DNA from: a candidate division FCPU426 bacterium
Lineage (GTDB): Bacteria; Oederibacteriota; JAAXVQ01; JAUVAV01
Direction: 5' to 3'
Length of the DNA stretch: 64,000 nt
Assembly: GCA_040756875.1 (NCBI GenBank)
Contig: JBFLYH010000001.1
Location: forward strand, 192,001-256,000
Of the stretch, positions 63,483-64,000 are shown piece by piece. The translations under genes were made by a program, and so were the position numbers. A model generated the notes under the pieces. That model saw only the letters and a program-made list of their open reading frames with translations. It ran no database searches and was not told the DNA's origin. The stretch's first letter is position 1; each line of letters opens with the position of its first letter.

Positions 63483-64000
63483 ATGCTCATGAAATTCGCT
63501 TTACGCAACGTGCTGCGCAACCGGCGCCGGAGCTTTTTAACGGCCCTGGCCGTGTTTTTCGGAGCCATGATCGTGGGCGTGGCCCAGGGCTGGATCAACG
63601 GCCTGGTGAACCTGTTCATCGGGAATTACATCGTTTATCAGACCGGCAATGTCCGGATTACGACCGAGGAGTATCTGGAACGCGAACGCTTCATTCCCGT
63701 GGATACCTTGATTCCCGACGCTAAAAGTTTGAGCGACCGGATCCGGGTATTGCCCGGCGTGAAAGCGGTGGAGGAACGGATACGGTTCGGCATCCTGCTC
63801 GGGCACGGCGACAATACGGTCGAGGCCTTGGGCGTCGGGCTGGATCTTGAACACAGCGCCTTTGGCCTGGGGGAAAAACTCACGGCCGGCACGCTGGGCC
63901 CCGAGGGCCTGTACCTGGGCAAGGACCTGGCCGCACGGCTTGGTGTCAAAATGGGCGACGAATTGCTGCTGGCCACCAAAACCTCGGAGGGCGGGCTCAA
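63483..64000 (+). CDS. Second LolC/E-type ABC permease (truncated by window end)
   Basis: My translation from ATG 63483: MLMKFALRNVLRNRRRSFLTALAVFFG...; frame appears open to the window end. Confidence 0.85.
   Translation, partial: MLMKFALRNVLRNRRRSFLTALAVFFGAMIVGVAQGWINGLVNLFIGNYIVYQTGNVRITTEEYLERERFIPVDTLIPDAKSLSDRIRVLPGVKAVEERIRFGILLGHGDNTVEALGVGLDLEHSAFGLGEKLTAGTLGPEGLYLGKDLAARLGVKMGDELLLATKTSEGGL

Overview
GC-rich, gene-dense chromosomal window from a diderm bacterium. It encodes TonB, Lol-type and TolB-like envelope genes and anaerobe-type Fe-S/metal genes; I cannot assign the taxon from sequence alone. Main blocks, in order: two GH99-like glycoside hydrolases; mntP; TPR, PilZ and DAGK genes; a STAS-Zn ribbon-HATPase fusion; an Rrf2/hemerythrin-PAS/cupin operon; a znuACB operon led by an unusual RHH+Cys4 regulator; DUF47-pit; a five-gene trehalose cluster; an ECF sigma / anti-sigma / exported caspase operon followed by an exbB-exbD-exbD-tonB-TBDR operon; msrAB; ilvBN with a Val-rich leader-peptide attenuator; a DUF134/NifX/MinD-ferredoxin/Mrp ('orange protein'-like) cluster with two damaged genes; a second metal-uptake operon preceded by a DUF2946-like uORF; and a Lol-like ABC export operon cut by the window end. 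The best candidate for an undescribed system is the ECF-antisigma-caspase module. It shares a bipartite promoter-like motif (CAGGTGACA-N15-GGTGTT) with the adjacent TonB operon. Two small non-autonomous repeat families occur in two copies each, and one copy disrupts a methyltransferase gene. No rRNA, tRNA, CRISPR array or transposase was seen. Family assignments come from motif recognition by eye, not from database searches.
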